From Eledone cirrhosa (lineage: Eukaryota), in the NCBI GenBank assembly GCA_964016885.1, contig OZ024747.1:79546001-79610000 (forward strand): a stretch of 64,000 nt of DNA. Direction: 5' to 3'. Made by a program: the position numbers and the translations under genes. The number at the start of each line of letters is the position of its first letter. Positions within the stretch are counted from its first letter, which is position 1. Of this stretch, positions 61,821 to 64,000 are shown piece after piece. The notes under the pieces were generated by a model. That model was not told the DNA's origin. It was given only the letters and a program-made list of their open reading frames with translations, and did not search any database.

Positions 61821-62929
61821 TATATTCACGGAGACGCTGATTATAAGCCTGCTAGCGTTAAGGATTTGAGTAAATTGGATAGACTATCTCAACTTATCTT
61901 ACTCGAACTTCCAATCGAACCAAGGAAACAAATTCCTGCAAAATGTCTAACTCTACCATTAATGTATTTCCAATAGTGTTCAGACCGGGTGTTTTTAGAA
62001 TATACCAGTAACGTCATTGCTTGGACTCCCGTGCTTAATCTATCCGTCTGTTGGTTGCTATAACATTAGATTTGAGGCTATTTCTCCACGATGCTTCGCA
62101 TTGAACTGCCAACTGCCATTCTCAATATTCGACGTTTTTTTTGAAGTATTCCAATAAAGTGAGTGATTTGTCTTCCTCAGTTTATCCGTCTATCTATTGG
62201 TACTAATTTTGAGACATTTCTTCTGTGTCTTCCACGGTTAATCCACCCATATCTCTCACGGTGACCTGTCAATCGCAATCTCTGCTGAGTCACCTTTTCG
62301 GTTAACTTTAGCAGTTAGTTTGATTAATAAATTACAGATGCATTAACAATGTTTTGGAAAGACCAATGGAAACATTGTTTCTTCGGTCCGATTTGACAAA
62401 AGTCGATCGACTGACATGTGTATGTGTGTGCCCATCTATATTATAAAACAGTTAGTTTGTCTTAGCCCAGAGGTTCGACAAAGCAGGAGTTTAGTCGGCC
62501 ATATTTGGCGTTAAACGATTGAGAGTACAGCACTCGCCCCTGGGACAGAACGTCTGTTCATCTAATGAAAGAATAAAAGAACACTGGAATAAAAGAATAT
62601 GTTTGATATTATCTAATATTATTGTATAAGTTTTCTTTATTTCTTTTGTATTGTTTGCTTCATACTGGTTCATGTTTTTAATGATTTCTAATAGCTCGTG
62701 TTCTCTTTGTCTGTTTTATTTGTGAGAATTAATGAATTATGTGCAAATTGTTCTTTCTATTGATTCCGCTTGAATCAATAGACGCAAACAACAATCAATT
62801 CGTCGGATAATTGGTTGGATGTCATAATCATGAGTTTCGTTCGTAATTACACAACTAATTACTTTACAACGAATTGGTAGAGTCATTTAGCTCGTCGGAT
62901 TAAATGCCTCCTCTGTATTTTTTCAGGTT

Positions 62930-63265
62930 CTCTGCACTCTGAGTTCGAATCCCACCGAGGTCAACTTTGACAATTTACCTTTCGGCGGAGAGTGAAGGGG
63001 ATATTGATAAATAAAGTTCCAGTCCATGGGCAGTAGATTGACGGAATTGTTAAAGAATGGAAGGGGATGCTCTGCAGAATTTGTTCCGATTCTGTGCATT
63101 ATGAGTTCAAATCTCGCCAAGGTCAACTTTACCAATTTGACTTTGGAAGGTCGATAAATAAAGTACAGTCACAGGGCGGTGGATTGACGGAATTATTAAT
63201 GAGTGGAAAGGAAATGTTCTACAGAATCTGATCCAACTCTGTGCATTTTTGAGTTCAAATCCCGG
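62930..63265 (+). mobile_element. Tandem degenerate family B SINE heads
   Basis: Three GAGTTC(G/A)AAT B-boxes, two followed by GGTCAACTTT. Confidence 0.55.
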
Positions 63266-63408
63266 TTCCTGTTACAGGAAAAATAATGGGGAATCTTAGA
63301 ACACAACAGCGAAGAATAACAGAAAATAAACGAAACAGATCCTCAGCTGGGACTAGAGACATAATATTTCCAATGCTGATGCTATATATATATATATGTG
63401 TGTGTGTA

Positions 63409-63578
63409 TAGGAAAATATTTGACCCAGATGGCAGAGCTCAAGCCGTTTCGACGGCTATTTCTGGACTACCAGAAATAGCCGTCGAAACGGTTTGAGCTC
63501 TGCGGTCGGGGTCAAACATTTTCCTATTACCCACTCTACTACCCTAAATATTGAGTAATCTGGTGCGTTATGGTCCAT
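63409..63578 (+). mobile_element. Half-hammerhead fold-back element, copy 3
   Basis: Palindrome at 63407-63528, axis GCTATTTCTGG-ACTA-CCAGAAATAGC, same tail as copies 1 and 2. Confidence 0.85.
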
Positions 63579-64000
63579 TAGAGCTGGAAAAAAAATTAAA
63601 TTAAAATTAAATTAAATTAAAGATAGGAATATATGTAAATATTTTCTCTACCTTCAAGGGATTAGTTTAAAATACCTTTAACACTGTCTCCTAAATAACT
63701 TTACTTTTTCTAATCCTAAACGTTGACCGTCTATATCTCTTAGGCGCCATATTTTTTTTTTTTCAAAAGCGTCTCCTACAAACATTTGCTAAGCTTAACG
63801 TCTGTTTATGGATAAAAAACGTAGAATAAAAATGCACGTAAATATCAGTGAATGTTTTGCTTATTTTAGATTATCTTTTGAAGACTTGGAGTGACCAACT
63901 TCTTCAAAGGGAAAACAAAATCGTTCCAAGTTTTTTTTTCTTTTCATCTTTTTGTTTTCTCTTTGTTTTTATTATTATTTTTTTTCCTTTATTATTATTT

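Noticed and set aside
61930-62310. Possible decayed R4-like LINE coding remnant on the minus strand
   Set aside because: Motif resemblance is too weak to support without an alignment.

Overview
AT-rich, microsatellite-dense eukaryotic non-coding DNA. The SINE families and repeat style suggest a mollusc, probably an octopus or other coleoid cephalopod (inference). I can support no host protein-coding exon; almost all track ORFs are microsatellite translations. The only real coding remnants come from transposons: a 5'-truncated Penelope-like element (RT + GIY-YIG, Naiad-like) with a 3' hammerhead ribozyme, a CR1-group RT, three RTE/Rex3-like fragments (one with a twin-priming-type 5' inversion) and a deleted Chapaev3 transposase. 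Also present are a non-autonomous Helitron, five copies of a ~610-bp RTE-derived element with a C2H2 finger sitting in (CATA)n tracts, many tRNA-derived SINEs, three long minisatellites (32, 23 and 22 bp units) and a 3.5-kb in-phase trinucleotide mosaic. The most striking signal is about ten fold-back palindromes embedded in (TA)n/(CA)n. Most carry whole or half hammerhead ribozyme motifs, several fold just upstream of the hammerhead GAAAC, and their short arms end at microhomology with the host microsatellite. This suggests hammerhead RNAs mobilised by Penelope-like elements and integrated by a snap-back or twin-priming route (hypothesis).
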